64,000 bases of DNA from Mizuhopecten yessoensis. Lineage: Eukaryota. Location of the stretch: positions 748,803-812,802 of the forward strand of contig NW_018407509.1 in NCBI RefSeq assembly GCF_002113885.1, in the 5' to 3' direction. The position numbers were made by a program, and so were the translations under genes. The notes below the pieces were generated by a model. It was given only the letters and a program-made list of their open reading frames with translations, did not search any database and was not told where the DNA came from. Of this stretch, positions 49,134 to 62,481 are shown in pieces. Numbering within the stretch: position 1 is the first letter of the stretch; every line of letters starts with the position of its first letter.

Positions 49134-50039
49134 TTTAAGTGTTAAAAAAAATCCTGTCAGGTTATATTGGAAATGAAATGCTACTAATAAAGTCAAAATG
49201 CAAAAAAAAAACTTGAAATTATTTAAAAGATTTTTTTTGTTCCCTGTGAAGGTAGAGTAAATGGGTTCAATTGAGTGGATGAAATTGTTTTATAAAATTG
49301 CCACGTGACACGTTCAATTTACGTGTTGATTAAGAGTATGGAATAATTCTGTATTGTGGAATTATCTGTATTAAATGGAAAGTAATCACTGATTGGCATA
49401 TTTCTTTTATGTCCCACCATTTCAAATTTAATGTCTTTTTTTAGACCCATTGACTTTTGCAGTTTTGGTTTTATATAGTTAAGCATAGGGTATACAGTAT
49501 TTCCAAAGATACCAAAGTACATACGTATATAATATTGTTTTGCTTTCTAGACTTTTGAGTTTCTTGGGGAAATTCTTTGGTGGAGTGTACAGGTAGTATA
49601 CTAAGTAAGCGTGCAGAATGTTATAATGGTGATTTATTTTTATGTTTATTGCAATAGCTTAACAACTGTAATTATTGAAAGCCACATGATCTATCCTCTG
49701 TATATGGTTATTATTTTAGGGACCATGTCCGCAGTAGTTTTGTTGTATTATTTTTAGCCTATATGTCTGTTATTGTTGGAACTCTGTTTTTGTTAACAGT
49801 ATATTATGTTACATGTGTATTGCACAATATCCATTTTAGTTGATTAATATGTTTGTCAAGTTAACCAAGAAAGTTAACCTAATGTGTTCTTGACTTTTTA
49901 TTAATTACCTGTAATATTCTTTGTTAAAAACTACTGCAATGACAGAAAAATGATAAGAAGAAGAACAGCTAAAAACAGATATAAATTGCATTAGGATTAT
50001 AATAATTGTCTTCCAAGTTGATCTGCCTTAATTGGTTGC

Positions 50040-50560
50040 AAGATAATCAAGATTCATTGCCAAATGACCACAGTTCATGGCCAGATGAATAGGGTTCATG
50101 ACAGATGAACCAAATGTTCAAGATTGATTGCCAGTTGAACATTGTTCATTACCAGATGACCTGAGTTTATGGCCAAATGATCACGGATCATGAACAGATG
50201 ATCAAGGTTCATGACCACATGAACAAGATTCATGACCAAATGGTTGCGGTTCATGACCATATGAAGAGGGTTTGTGATAGGTTGATCAAACGATCATGAT
50301 TCATTACCAGAATAAAAATGTTTATGGCCAAATGATTAAGGATCATGAACAGATGATCAAGGTTTATGACCGCATGAACAAGGTTCATGACCAGATGGCT
50401 AGGGTTCATGGCCAGTTCTCTCTATCTATTCATATATTTAAGGCCAAATGATTAAGGATCATGAACAGATGATCAAGGTTCATGACTGCATGAACAAGGT
50501 TCATGACCAGATGTCTGGGGTTCATGGCCAGTTCTCTCTATCTATTCATATATTTATGGC
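50040..50560. repeat. Degenerate 21-bp minisatellite with an internal ~120-bp duplication
   Basis: Unit approximately GTTCATGACCAGATGAACAAG, about 20 copies. Confidence 0.85.
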
Positions 50561-53500
50561 TGTTGTGCACTTATTATATTGATGTTGTGAATTGTAGTGA
50601 GAAGTTGTTGGTGCTGTGGAAGTAACTATATAGATAGATTCATCTTCTATTCATATTTACTGGTACATGCTCTGTACCGTTTACACCAACATACTGACTT
50701 AACAAAAAGTTGGATCTACTATCCTGCTAGAGTAACTCTATAAGTGCCATTTGTAGTTAAACTTGTAATATTCTAACCATTCTTCTGTAATAAACTGGTC
50801 TGGATGTGTTTGTTGTATGATCTAGCATTATATGAATGTCATTTTCATATTTGTGGTGTATTTTCTATTAAATCTTCTTGAAATTACAAAGATTGAATAT
50901 TTGCTGTAGGATTATGATCCAATTCGTTGTCAATAAATAGTGTCGAATGTGTTCTTTTCGATGACTCCTAGATAGGCAGGTTTTGATAACTTTTGTTTTG
51001 TATTTTTATAGTAAAATCGGTAAAGTTACAGACCGAAGCTGTGTATTTCTGACATTGCTTGTGTGTTAACATTTATGTGTGTGTGGGGTTTTCTAGTCAC
51101 ATGTGTCGTTGGCTCTCGGCACTTCTTCCCACCCATGCAACTCAGCTTTCATTGTTTGATGTGATAACAGAGGCTCTATAACCTTGTAACAAGAATTATT
51201 TTATAAAAAACGTTTGAGATTTTGGAAGAACAGGTTTGGGTATATAACAAAGTACCAGATGTTGCTGTCTTTAGCAATAATAAGGATTTTTAAAGTCAAT
51301 GTATTATTGAAAATTACAGTTAAGGTAAAAACTATGTAATAGAACTTAATTAATTAATTTAGTCTTGACAATAGTTTTTGCAACCATCAGATGGTACTGA
51401 ACTCTTTTGTTTCCTACTCCCCCCTTAACTCATTCCACCCTGAAATTTCATAATGAACTTTTCAAACCTTCGAAATGGAAGAGTTCAAATGTGTCTTCAG
51501 GGATGAATTAGCTAATGCAAGGCTATTGTAAGGTGCTTGAACATCCCTCCAGAAATGTATGGATCTCGATTATCTGCTGTGGTATACTAATAGCTTGCTC
51601 AAGCCCAAGATATTTGGTTAAGGGTGAGACCAATTGATCCAAACCACAGAGTCACAAACAAGATGTATATCAACTTGTGTATCAGTTTTGATGATGTCCT
51701 TGAAAAACTGCCTTTTTCTTCTAGTGTTATGCTTTTTTGGTATTTACAGTGAAAACCATTCTTGCAATTAATTGATTCAACATGACAGCATCAGTTTCAC
51801 AAATATTCCTTAACCCTTTCAACCTTATGTAACTTAAGTAGACTCTACCATGCATTGATCTGGATGAGTTCATTATGGTCTACAGTGGTGAAAGGGTTAA
51901 CTAAGTGCTTGCAAAGGAAAATACTGTTTGAATTATGAATTTTCGAAGCTTAAGAATTGCTTTATGGAAATCGTAGTTAGGGAAATTTCTTGATGTTTGG
52001 CAATTCCTTCAAGGAATGTTCATGAAACTTGAGCTTGAAAAAGAATTTTCCTGTTTCCTGTTTTATTTTTGTGATCAAATAAAATTAAAATTGATATTTG
52101 ATTTCCATGAAATATAGTTAGGGTGTATAGCTTTCTGTGTTGTGTATATTATGAAAATAATCATCAATTATATAATGTTTACCAAAATACTGTCTCAAAC
52201 ATCAGAATCAATCATGTTGACTTGTTCAAAAAATGTGCGCAAATAGTTCCACAGAAAAACAAAGCAATTTGAAGGAAGTTTCAAATTTAAATCTAAATGT
52301 TGATCTGAATCATGTTAAATTATGACTGAGAGGCATTTTCTTGAGTATTAATGCATGGCCTTCACTCATTTACTTGCAAAGTCAGCAGTATGAGTTTATT
52401 GAGGGGCATTATTTCGGGTAATGACTGATTTAGAAGGGGGGGGGGGTTAAGGAGTGCAGGGCATTTTGCTCCACAGCTCAACTATTTTTTAAATGACTTC
52501 ATGTGTTTGTTTTCGTTATGATTCTGTATGTTTTCTTTTCTAATGTTGGTACAGATTTTCGCAAAAATAATTTCCTGTCTCTCTATTCAGAGGTCAGCCC
52601 TGCTCTTTTTGGGGAAAAAAGAAAATATTGTTTCCACCTCTGAGTGGTGTCCCCTTGCAAATGTTTATTTTTTGGAATCGGATTTCAAATTTCATAATCA
52701 TTAATGGTAACTGAGAAAATGTTTGCTTTAATATTAAGAATACATATTGTATAACTATGTATATGATTAATTAATACTTTACCAAAATTACTCGAAATAT
52801 TTTGGGAAATTTTGACTTGAATTAATATCACAACCTTCAGCGTTTACCTTGTGCTGTATTAGAGTGTTCTTAACATTACTACACATAAGTAATACTTGTG
52901 TGAAAAAAACCCACTAACTTGCTGATGTGATTAACATTAAAAAATTTATTCAACCAATCGGATCTAATTAATATCATTTAGCTCAGCCACCTTTGAATAA
53001 TTGTCAGTTTTAATCTTGCTCTGTTTAATAATATGCAACAGAATCTCATTTTAGGGTGTTTAAAGGAAATATTCAAGTTCACCTTAGACAAAAAGTACAG
53101 TGAAAATGTGGTCGTACTTTCAGCTTGCTTTTGTTTCTCTCATTGAGTGCCTGTGATAATTTTAATGTGTTATCTCCCTTTGTTTATGTTTTGTGTGAAG
53201 CTAATCTGTACAGGTATTCGTACATTCTGTATAAATAAGAATAGATAAATAGCCTAGTGAGAAATGTCAACAAATTTACCAGTGGTGTTCCGATTATCGA
53301 AAAAAAGTTGAAAATGGATCGACTACACCTGAAAAACGAGCACTAGGCTATGATTTTGTAAGCTTGATTAATCTTAAAATTTAAAAATATAAAAGACACC
53401 CAATATCTGAGCCTATGACGTACAGTGTGAAACCAGGGCCGTGTTCGTCCAGTAAGTCTGCACAAACATATCTTCACAACCAATTGATATGAACATTTAT

Positions 53501-53855
53501 ATGATGTAAAATAGGAATAATTCATTTATTTGTTGAAATATTTTAAGAAGTTGAAGAAGTTTGAATATGTTTCCCGGTGAGAGTGAAAATGTTATTTACA
53601 TAAGATTTCGAATTTTTTTCCCGTTAATCCGTTTATTTTCCTTCACTGTACATGATTTCATCCAGACGTGAACAAGGTACAAGTATCTGTATTTATTAGT
53701 TTTACAAGTGAACACAGACAGACAGTATTTTGATATAGATTTGCATGTTTTTGAGATAAGACATTAATAAATAATGGTATAATCTGGAAGTGTTTGTGTT
53801 TTATGATGTAGTTTAAAGTATGGTTGTTCATAAGTTTTTTGGCCATCAGTATCAT

Positions 53856-54277
53856 AAGCTTGCCATGGCCACTGCTTTGCCGTCCAGCTCATACCACACA
53901 CCGTCGTCTGCTCTCTCGGCATGGAATGTTGCTATCAGAACTTGGCTAGCTCTCTGGCTGCCTAAACTAAGTCGATGTTTTGCTTCTGTAAAAGTTTATT
54001 CAGCGGCATAACACCCTGAAGCACGAACTCAACAACAACCAGAGAGACAATAAAATCGAGCACAATGATGCTACAACTATACTATAGCTGCATGCCTTGG
54101 CGTCTCCTTCTAGCTCTCGCACCTCGAGGGCATTTACTATAGTGGGTGTATGCGACTTTAAAGGTGTAGAGCAAGTCCGCACGACTGGCCCATCTTGTCT
54201 CACAGAGGCTCTGCAGGCGTGTTCGCTTGTTCATTTCTTCTCAAGCAACAGGGTCGTTTCCCAGCTCTTCCTGAAAT
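53856..54277 (-). mobile_element. Decayed hAT-family transposase fragment (PRKRIR/ZMYM1-like type)
   Basis: Minus-strand translation with stops and frameshifts: FQEELGNDPVA*EEMNKRTRLQSLCETRWASRADLLYTFK...IVNALE...GDAKA...DFIVSLVVVEFVLQGVMPLNKLLQKQNIDLV. LCETRW and L...LQ..NIDL are hAT transposase hallmarks. Confidence 0.8.
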
Positions 54278-55151
54278 GTTTGGTTTGGTTTGGTTTAGAA
54301 TTGTTTAACGTCCTATCAACAGCTATGGTCATTTAAGGACGTCCTCCCCTGTGTGCAAGATGAATGCGTGTAGTGTATGCGTGTGTGTTTTGGGAGGCTG
54401 CGATATGTTCGTGTCCTTGTGATAGCCCGGAGCTGATGCCGACTTTATAGTGCTACCTCACTGAAACATACTGTCGACAACGGGCGAACCAGTCGTCCAA
54501 CTCCTAAATTGCTGAGCGTTAAGCAGGAGTAGAAACTACCATTTTTACAGACTCTGGTATGTCTCGGCCAGGGAACAGAACCCAGAGCATGTAGTCAAGT
54601 ACACCTACTGCAACTTTGGCTGAATATTTTAATTTTTGTTGTCACTTAAAATTTGAAATGTAGTAACCCGTTTGACCCTGGAAAATGGTAAATGTCTTGT
54701 ATTTAAATAAATATGATAACCCTTCATGCTAGTGGCGAAATATCATCACCGAAGTCCTCTTAACCACTGTAGACCAAAATGTACTTGTCCACATCAATGC
54801 ACGGTTGAGTCTGTCCAAGATATTTATGGGTCAAAGGGTTAATTATTCAGAGGTTGTTTGAAAGGTTCAATACATTTGACCCCTTGACCTTGAAAAGTGG
54901 GACAATGTCATTTATTATGTCTGCCCTCGAATGCATTGCACAGGAATTAGGTCACTGTGACCTTCACCTCAAGGTCAAAGTTCAAAATAGTGCAACACTT
55001 TCAGTAAATTCTTGTCCGGGCCCATACATTTTAAACTGTTAAAGATATCTTAATCAAACTTGAAGTATACCTGCATCACCCACAGAAAGTGTGCAGTGCA
55101 CTGAAATTAAGACTCGTGCCCCACTCTACAGAGTTATGGCCCTTTGTTAAT

Positions 55152-56248
55152 TTTTAGGTCACCTGAGACAAAGTCTCAAGTGACCTATTGCGATCGCCTT
55201 TTGTCCGTCGTCGTTCGTCGTCCGTCGTCCGTCATGCGTCATGGGTCCGTAAACAATTTACATTTTCGACTTCTTCTCCAAAACCCCGAAACCAATTTCA
55301 ATGAAATTTTGCAGAAACCTTCCATGGCTAAAGGTCAACTAAAATTGTGAATTATATGGTCCCCAGCCCCCAGGGGCCTTAGGGGCGGGGCCAAAAAGGG
55401 TAAAATTGACTAAAATTTCAAAAAGCTTCTTCTCAAGATCCAGATATGGTAGGATCAAATACTCTTCATAGATAGAAGGGTCTTAAGGTGCTTTACCAAA
55501 ATTGTGAATTTCTTGACCCTGGGGTCTCGCGTTTCCCCCTGGGGAGGGGGTAAACTTTACTATAGTTTATATAGGGAAATCACATTTTGGACCAACATTT
55601 GTTTAATTGCCATTGGAAGTAATTCAATTTAGGTTAGCATTATCAGTATTGGGTAGCAGGTTGATGGTATGCACATATGAGCCCTGACTGACCCCCCGGG
55701 GCTGATTGGTGGGGCCAAAAAGAGTTGAATTCACTGAAATTTCAAAAATCTTCTTCTCAAGACACAGATATGGTAGAATCAAATACTCTTCATAGATGGA
55801 AGGGTCCTAAGGTGCTTTACCAATATTGTGAATTTCATGACCCTGGGGTCTCGCGTTTCCCCCTGGGGAAGGAGGGGCAAAATTTGTTATGGTTTATAAT
55901 GGCAAATGATACTTTGAATATTACATGTTGATAACTTGATTGGAATTAAAACACTAAGTTGACAGTTTGATACTTTGTAAATTTTGAGCCAGCCCTACCC
56001 CCAAAGGCTGTAGGGTGGGGCCCAATGGAGTCTGTGTGCTAAAATAAAATTTCTTCATTTTCCTTGTTTAGAATCAGAGGTGCTAGTTTCAAATACTTTT
56101 CAGTCTTAAATCTGCATGCTAAATATTGAATAAGGTGGTTTTATTGTTTTTTGTCACTTTGAAAAATATTTCTGTTCATGTTAAAAACAAAAATCAACTC
56201 TCTGTATAAATATATCAGGTGACCGTTAAGGCCCATGGGCCTCTTGTT
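55152..56248 (-). mobile_element. HINE-like element of a second family with ~330-bp internal duplication
   Basis: Hairpin AGGTCACCTGAGACAAAGTCTCAAGTGACCT, (CGT/CGTC)n, duplicated internal block, end CAGGTGACCGTTAAGGCCCATGGGCCTCTTGTT. Confidence 0.8.
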
Positions 56249-56727
56249 AATACCAACGTTTGTCCGGATCATAAGTTCCATGTTATTTCACCTATGTTGA
56301 CCAATCGTACCATATTAAGGTATCTTAGGAAGGCAGAATCTCTCATCCTGAAATCGGGTTATGTGCCCCATTATATACAGAGTTATGACCCTTTGTTTAT
56401 TATTAATACCTATGTTTGTCCACGGCATACTTTGCTAGTCATGTATCTTGGGAAGAAGGAGCGTCGCATTCCAAATTCGGGTCTCATGCCTCACTATATA
56501 AAGAGATATGGCCCTTTGTTATTTTTTTATACCGAAGTTTGTCTATTGCCTAATAAGGCGAGACATATGTTTTTGTTCACAAAAACAAGTTTCTAATAAT
56601 TTTTGTTGCTGTAGGAATAATAATGGTTTTCGTACATGTCAACGACACAAACAAGCAAATTTCTGACAGTGTCTTGATGTCTGAGAAAAAAGAAAGAACA
56701 AGAACACGAAACCAATACTTTCATACG

Positions 56728-59700
56728 TTTATTCAGAGAATAAACATGTTATTTACAAGAAATTACCATATTTAACTACTCTTGATTTTTTTCGCTATGT
56801 AAGATTTTGTTGTCTAAACTCGTACGTAACAATTTATTCAACATACTGTGATACAATGGAAACCAAAAGCACAAAAAAAAAAAAAAAAAAAAATGTAGAT
56901 AATAATGATCATCAGCTGAAGACTGAAATATCAAAATGAGATATTGAATGAAATAAATAATGCTTATTTATGAAGGTACATTATTTACAGTGATGTCCCA
57001 TGAACTGGACCAAACTTTCACCCGCTGACAGGTTTTACCAACGAAACCTCCACCAGATGGCTCAAGTTTTGACAATTAAACCGGTCACCAAGTGGCAAGT
57101 TTAATGTTTAAATTTCCCACCAGATGGCAGTGTTTACAATCAAACCTCACCAGGTGGCAGGATGAAAAAGTTACAAAATATTGCTCTGTGCTTGGACTGA
57201 CCACATCATCCTATGGCTGCTGGGAGTCTGAAAAAAACCCAGATTAGTAAATGAAAATGGACAATATCAATACACACACCTTCCAAACAATAGCACATGT
57301 AATTTTGGTTAAAATCTTTTCCCTTTCATAGTCATCTAATTTGTTCCTCCATATAATCTGTTGTAGGATATATAAGACTAAATATCAGTATGGAAGTATT
57401 ATAAATATATATGCAAGACGAATCAGAAAGCACGAGTTTATTGTGCGGACGAATATATACATCCGCGCAATAAATGAGTGCCTTCTGATTCGTTAGAAAA
57501 ACACAAGTGTGTGGTCTTGCTTTTATCACATAATTTCCGTATTTGGTAGAGATCGATACAAATATTTTCTAAACTTTGATATTTTTTGCAAATACCGGGA
57601 ACTTTTCAGTTCGCCATGACGATGGGATTCCCATAAAAAGTAGTTTCGGCTAGTAGGTAAATACAACATCCCGTATTGCACATGTGCAATACAGAACGTT
57701 GTATTTCATAGTCTGAAAATTGCTTGTATTACTATAACAAGATTCAACAGAAATGTGATAAATTATGATCCTTGATAGACAGAATCTTCCTGGTTTCATA
57801 ATCAAAGTAAATCCAATTTACATGTAATGGCATGCTGGGCTTAAAGAAGAATATTGTTCACATAAACCTTTTTTTTTGAAAATGAAATTTTCCAAAATTC
57901 TCAAATTTCTAGACTTTTTCTTAAATTTTGAAAAAACCTCAAGAAGATCCCATTAAAATAACTGAACCTTTAAATAGTTTTCTTGATTGTCAGAGTGAGA
58001 ATTTGTGAGTTACACATTAAACGGCTATGCTATTAGCTTCTTTTTTTTAAGATGGGTGCTGCTGACTTTCTGTATTTTAAAATATTATTGACATTTGCAT
58101 TTCCTGCTCATTTCCTGCTCATATGCATATTATGTTTTGAAGCAATCATAATTTTGATATTTTTTTTAAAATCTCATCTCCATGAACAGTTAGCTTACCA
58201 GCAGTCCCTGGTATCTTTGTGTGGTGCAAGATGGGTACATTTTCGAAAGCAAGGGTCATATCTTTTTACCTTGCCAATATATATCTTCAATTGAACGTGC
58301 CATACAAATACCATGAAAGCTGATGACTGTTGGATTAAATGCTGGTATATGTTTGAAACCGATTTGGTGTTTTTTTGTAGATTAGAATTGTTTTTCACTT
58401 GCTATGGAGTCTAAACCTTCCCAGATGCTGGAAATGCTCCAAAAAATAATAATAATGCTTTATACTTTTTTACTGTTGAAGTACTTATAGAAAATCAGCA
58501 GGAAGTCATCTTCTTCAGTGTATCAGTATATTTTGATGTGTAAAAAGTTGGACAGATGGACCTAAAAACCATGTCATTGAGAATTGTCCTAAAAATATAA
58601 CCTCGTATTTAAATTGGGAAAAAAAAAAATCCCAAAATATTTATCAGGTCAACAAAATCCCCAACAATACTCCAAGAAATGTTCTTTCATGTTCTTAAAA
58701 CCTACATGTATTTTAAATGTTGAAATGGCAGAAAACTTGATCAAACCAACTCTTAACTCATTCACCCCTGAAGACACATTTGAACTCTTCCAATTCAAAG
58801 GTAGAAATAGTTCATTATGAAATTTCAGGGGTGAATGCGAGTTAAACTTACTGTTGATCCTGGAAATGTGTTTTATACTTACTTATACATCATACTGTAC
58901 TACAGACAACAAAACATCATGCTAGTTGAAGGTTGTAGTTGTGTTAAAATTTCCTTCTATATCAGTCGACTGGTGCTGTAGGTACCAGAGACGTTAAGAA
59001 ATATATAATATCAAAAAATCTATGTACAAATATCATGTTACACTTTCTACAACTAACTGTGCATGACATATTTTATCTAATTGCAGCTATGAACAAGTTC
59101 ACAGCAGTTTCAAGTTTCTATATAGCATCCCCCCCCCCCCCTCTGTAACTCCCTCCCCTCAAAAATCATCCTGGTGTCTTAAAACTATTGCTGTTGTTTA
59201 TTTTATTTCAGTTTTGATGGGGGTGTTCATTCAAATTTCTTTAACAAGGATAACATTTCAAATTAAATTTCAATACAACCTTGGAATGAAATAATTGTGA
59301 TATGTATGGTCAAATGCCTCTCGAAAACCATAAAATCTATAAAAATAACTTCTCCATTTGGTAAATGACATAACACAACATCCCTACCCTTCATTTCTTT
59401 TGCTAGTATGTTTTGTTGTTTCTGGAGAAAATGCAAATATATTTGGGATAAAACTCCAATCTCAAGTATAGTGCAGCCCTGCCACATAAGAATACCATAC
59501 ATTTCTATTCAACAGGCCAGACTGCCTGCCATTTCTAGTCTCATAAAGTCATTAGACAAACATACATAAATTTATTTTTTATTTTATTATATATATATGT
59601 CTGTCATGATACACATAGTTAATCGGAAAAAAATATTATGTTACATTTGAAATGTTGAAAATCAACAGAAAATGCACAGACACATAACTACATACCAGAC

Positions 59701-62481
59701 ATACAAGATGACAATGGGTTTTTGAGATGACAACTTCAGCTTTTTTACCCCTGGGCTGAAGACATGTTTAATACAAATGAAAAATGAAAAATATCTTTTC
59801 TGACACAGTGATAGATACAGGTGTGGTGAGAATTAGCATCAATCTACAATCATATCATACAGATTTTAACCCGTTCACCACTGTAAACCATAACGGACTT
59901 GTCCATATCAATGCATGGTAGTGTCTACTAAAGTTACATAGGGGTGAAAGGGTCAATGAAAGAGTACAAAGTCATAATTTCACAAACAGGTTTGACTGAA
60001 TAGTTTAAATCCACATTTTTACAAACAGATTTTTTCAATGAAAAGTTTAACCCTATGATAGCTAAATCTACATTTTTTCAGGCAGACTTGAATGAAAATG
60101 CACACGTTCCAAGTCGAATTTCACCTAAAATTTGAGTAAATATATTACACATATAAATGAATAGCGACCTTGTAGAATAGTCGAAATGACATCCCAAAGC
60201 GATCGTTTATACAAACATTGTCCCTGTAGGATTCATTATCATAGCTTAGCTGCCTCAATTCCCTTCACAGTTACAACACATACGACATAGGTACAAGGAA
60301 TCAAATAACACGGTGAGTAATTACATTTTTCAGAACCAAATAACTTTACAGGAAGTCCTGTAATTTGAGCCTCCCAAAATGTAATAAACCTCCTCTAGTC
60401 CAACCATCCAAAAAACTTGCTCTCTGGGACCAGTTTTGCACTAAGATCAATAACGAGATTTCAAAATATCGTCTAGGTGGATATTTTCAATAGTCAATAC
60501 ATATTCATCATTCATCAAAAATTAGATGAAAAGATAGAAACTATAAAATGTATTTTTAAAATTCAAAATGTTACATTGAAACTAATTTTAGGCAGTTTAG
60601 AGTTTTTAATACTGTTTAATTTGTTAACAATAACAAATTCTTTCAATATGTAAACTCTGACCTATTGCAAACCTACATCACGAGCAATTCCACTTAAATC
60701 ATCTTTTAAATCTTTCTTCTCGAAATCTTTAATCTCATTCTGAACAGTATTCTGACCGAGTCGGATAAGAAATAAATTGCACAGTAACATTCATCTGTAA
60801 TGAAAAACTCATAATGCTTCAACAATTGTTCCAGCTCATTCATCGTAAAACGACGAGGCAGTCTTCATGTCTAGAAACTATAACGAATGCACAAAATGTA
60901 ATAATACCGAAATGTCTGCTAGGAAGATATAGTGGAGATCTAGTATGTATGATTCAGCGACTTAACTGCGAGTTTGGGGGGGCATTTTCAGTGTCAAGCA
61001 CAGCAGTAATATCAAATCAAAGTTCCTGCAATTTTCGTTCCTGCAATTTTCTTTTGCCCTAATATATATATATATATATATACATATTAACAAAACTGCC
61101 CTCCAAAAACTGACCAAGCAAAATGTACGCCGAAAGACAGTCACTAAAACAATTTGGTAAAATTCTAATATTGATGATTTTGTTATTAAAGCACTTGTAA
61201 TATATATTTTCTTAAGCACAAACACAACTGATGTATTATATATTTTTACACACATGCTATTTTAATGTACACATTTAGAAAAAAAAAGATAATTACTGAT
61301 AAAAGTTATGTACAACAAACGATGTATGAAAATACACATTTACAAAAGTCTACCTATTTACACAATGAGTGACATGCATGAAATGACATACGATGGTCAT
61401 CACATCAACTCCTATCAGATCAATATTCACTGTACACAAAAGTTTCAAGTTGTTTTTGATTCAAAATTCATTTTAATAGATGTCATGCGTACAACACAAC
61501 ATATAACCCACAGTAGAAATGAAAAATTTACAAGAAAAATATATATAAAACTGAAAAGGTTCCCAATTTTGTCATCATAGGAGGAAAATATTGGCCAAAC
61601 ATTAACATATTTGTGTCGCCAAAATCATGCAAATATGTCTTCAAACATTTACATTTTTCTTCTTTCAATGCAACATTAAATCAATTTTTGTTCAAAATTT
61701 TCCTTAACTATCTTCATAGAAAATAAATATCATTCACATTTTATCCAACAGGATAAAATGTTTGTTATTATCTTTTCATTATGGTACTCAAAAGGCAAAG
61801 AATTGCTCCCAGTAGTTTTAGCATGTCAATTTTTACACAGATATTAACACACATTTCTTAAACAAAATAGGTCTTTATAGGTAAAAGAACCCATCAACAA
61901 TAACAAACGAGTCTCGAGTCAATGATGTGAACATTATGTCATGGCTACGGATGAGAAGATGAGGTCTTGCGAACACACACAGTTATATCAAATTACCTGG
62001 GTCAAGTTGTCGGACTAGTTAGCTGAACAAAACATTTTAAAATTTATTCCGATGTGGATTTGATTTTTTGTTTAAATTTTTGCCAAATACTTACAAATCT
62101 TAATTATTGAGGTTTCAAAATGGCCACATGAAGACAGCAAATATTTACAGGAAAGATATTTTGAAAAATTCATTTACAAATCCCTATGCTAACAATATTT
62201 GGTACAGAAGGGCTTAAGCCCATTTATACGAATACTCATTAGCTTGATAACAGTCAAAAGTATAATTTTTTAATTCTTATAAATTATTGAAATTCAAAAC
62301 AACAAAGCTCGGACTCAAAATCATCAATATGAAATTAAATACCGTAAAAATCGTCTTTAATATGATGCCAAACAAAAAAGTAACTGTAAATTTGACTTGA
62401 CATGCCATAAATGTAACGAAACTTGATACCACTTGACCCTGTAGAAAATGTCAGTTCAATATTGGTTATTTAACATGAACA
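56728..62481 (-). other. Probable long (~5.7 kb) BPTF 3' UTR with distal AATAAA
   Basis: No coding signal after the stop; U-rich on the minus strand; AATAAA (minus) at 56728-56733; several UGUAHAUA motifs. The 3' end is inferred. Confidence 0.45.
57012..57161 (+). repeat. Five-unit ~32-bp spaced array with a conserved (C/T)CACCAGRTGGC core
   Basis: Cores start at 57018 (degenerate), 57050, 57085, 57117 and 57147. Confidence 0.75.
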
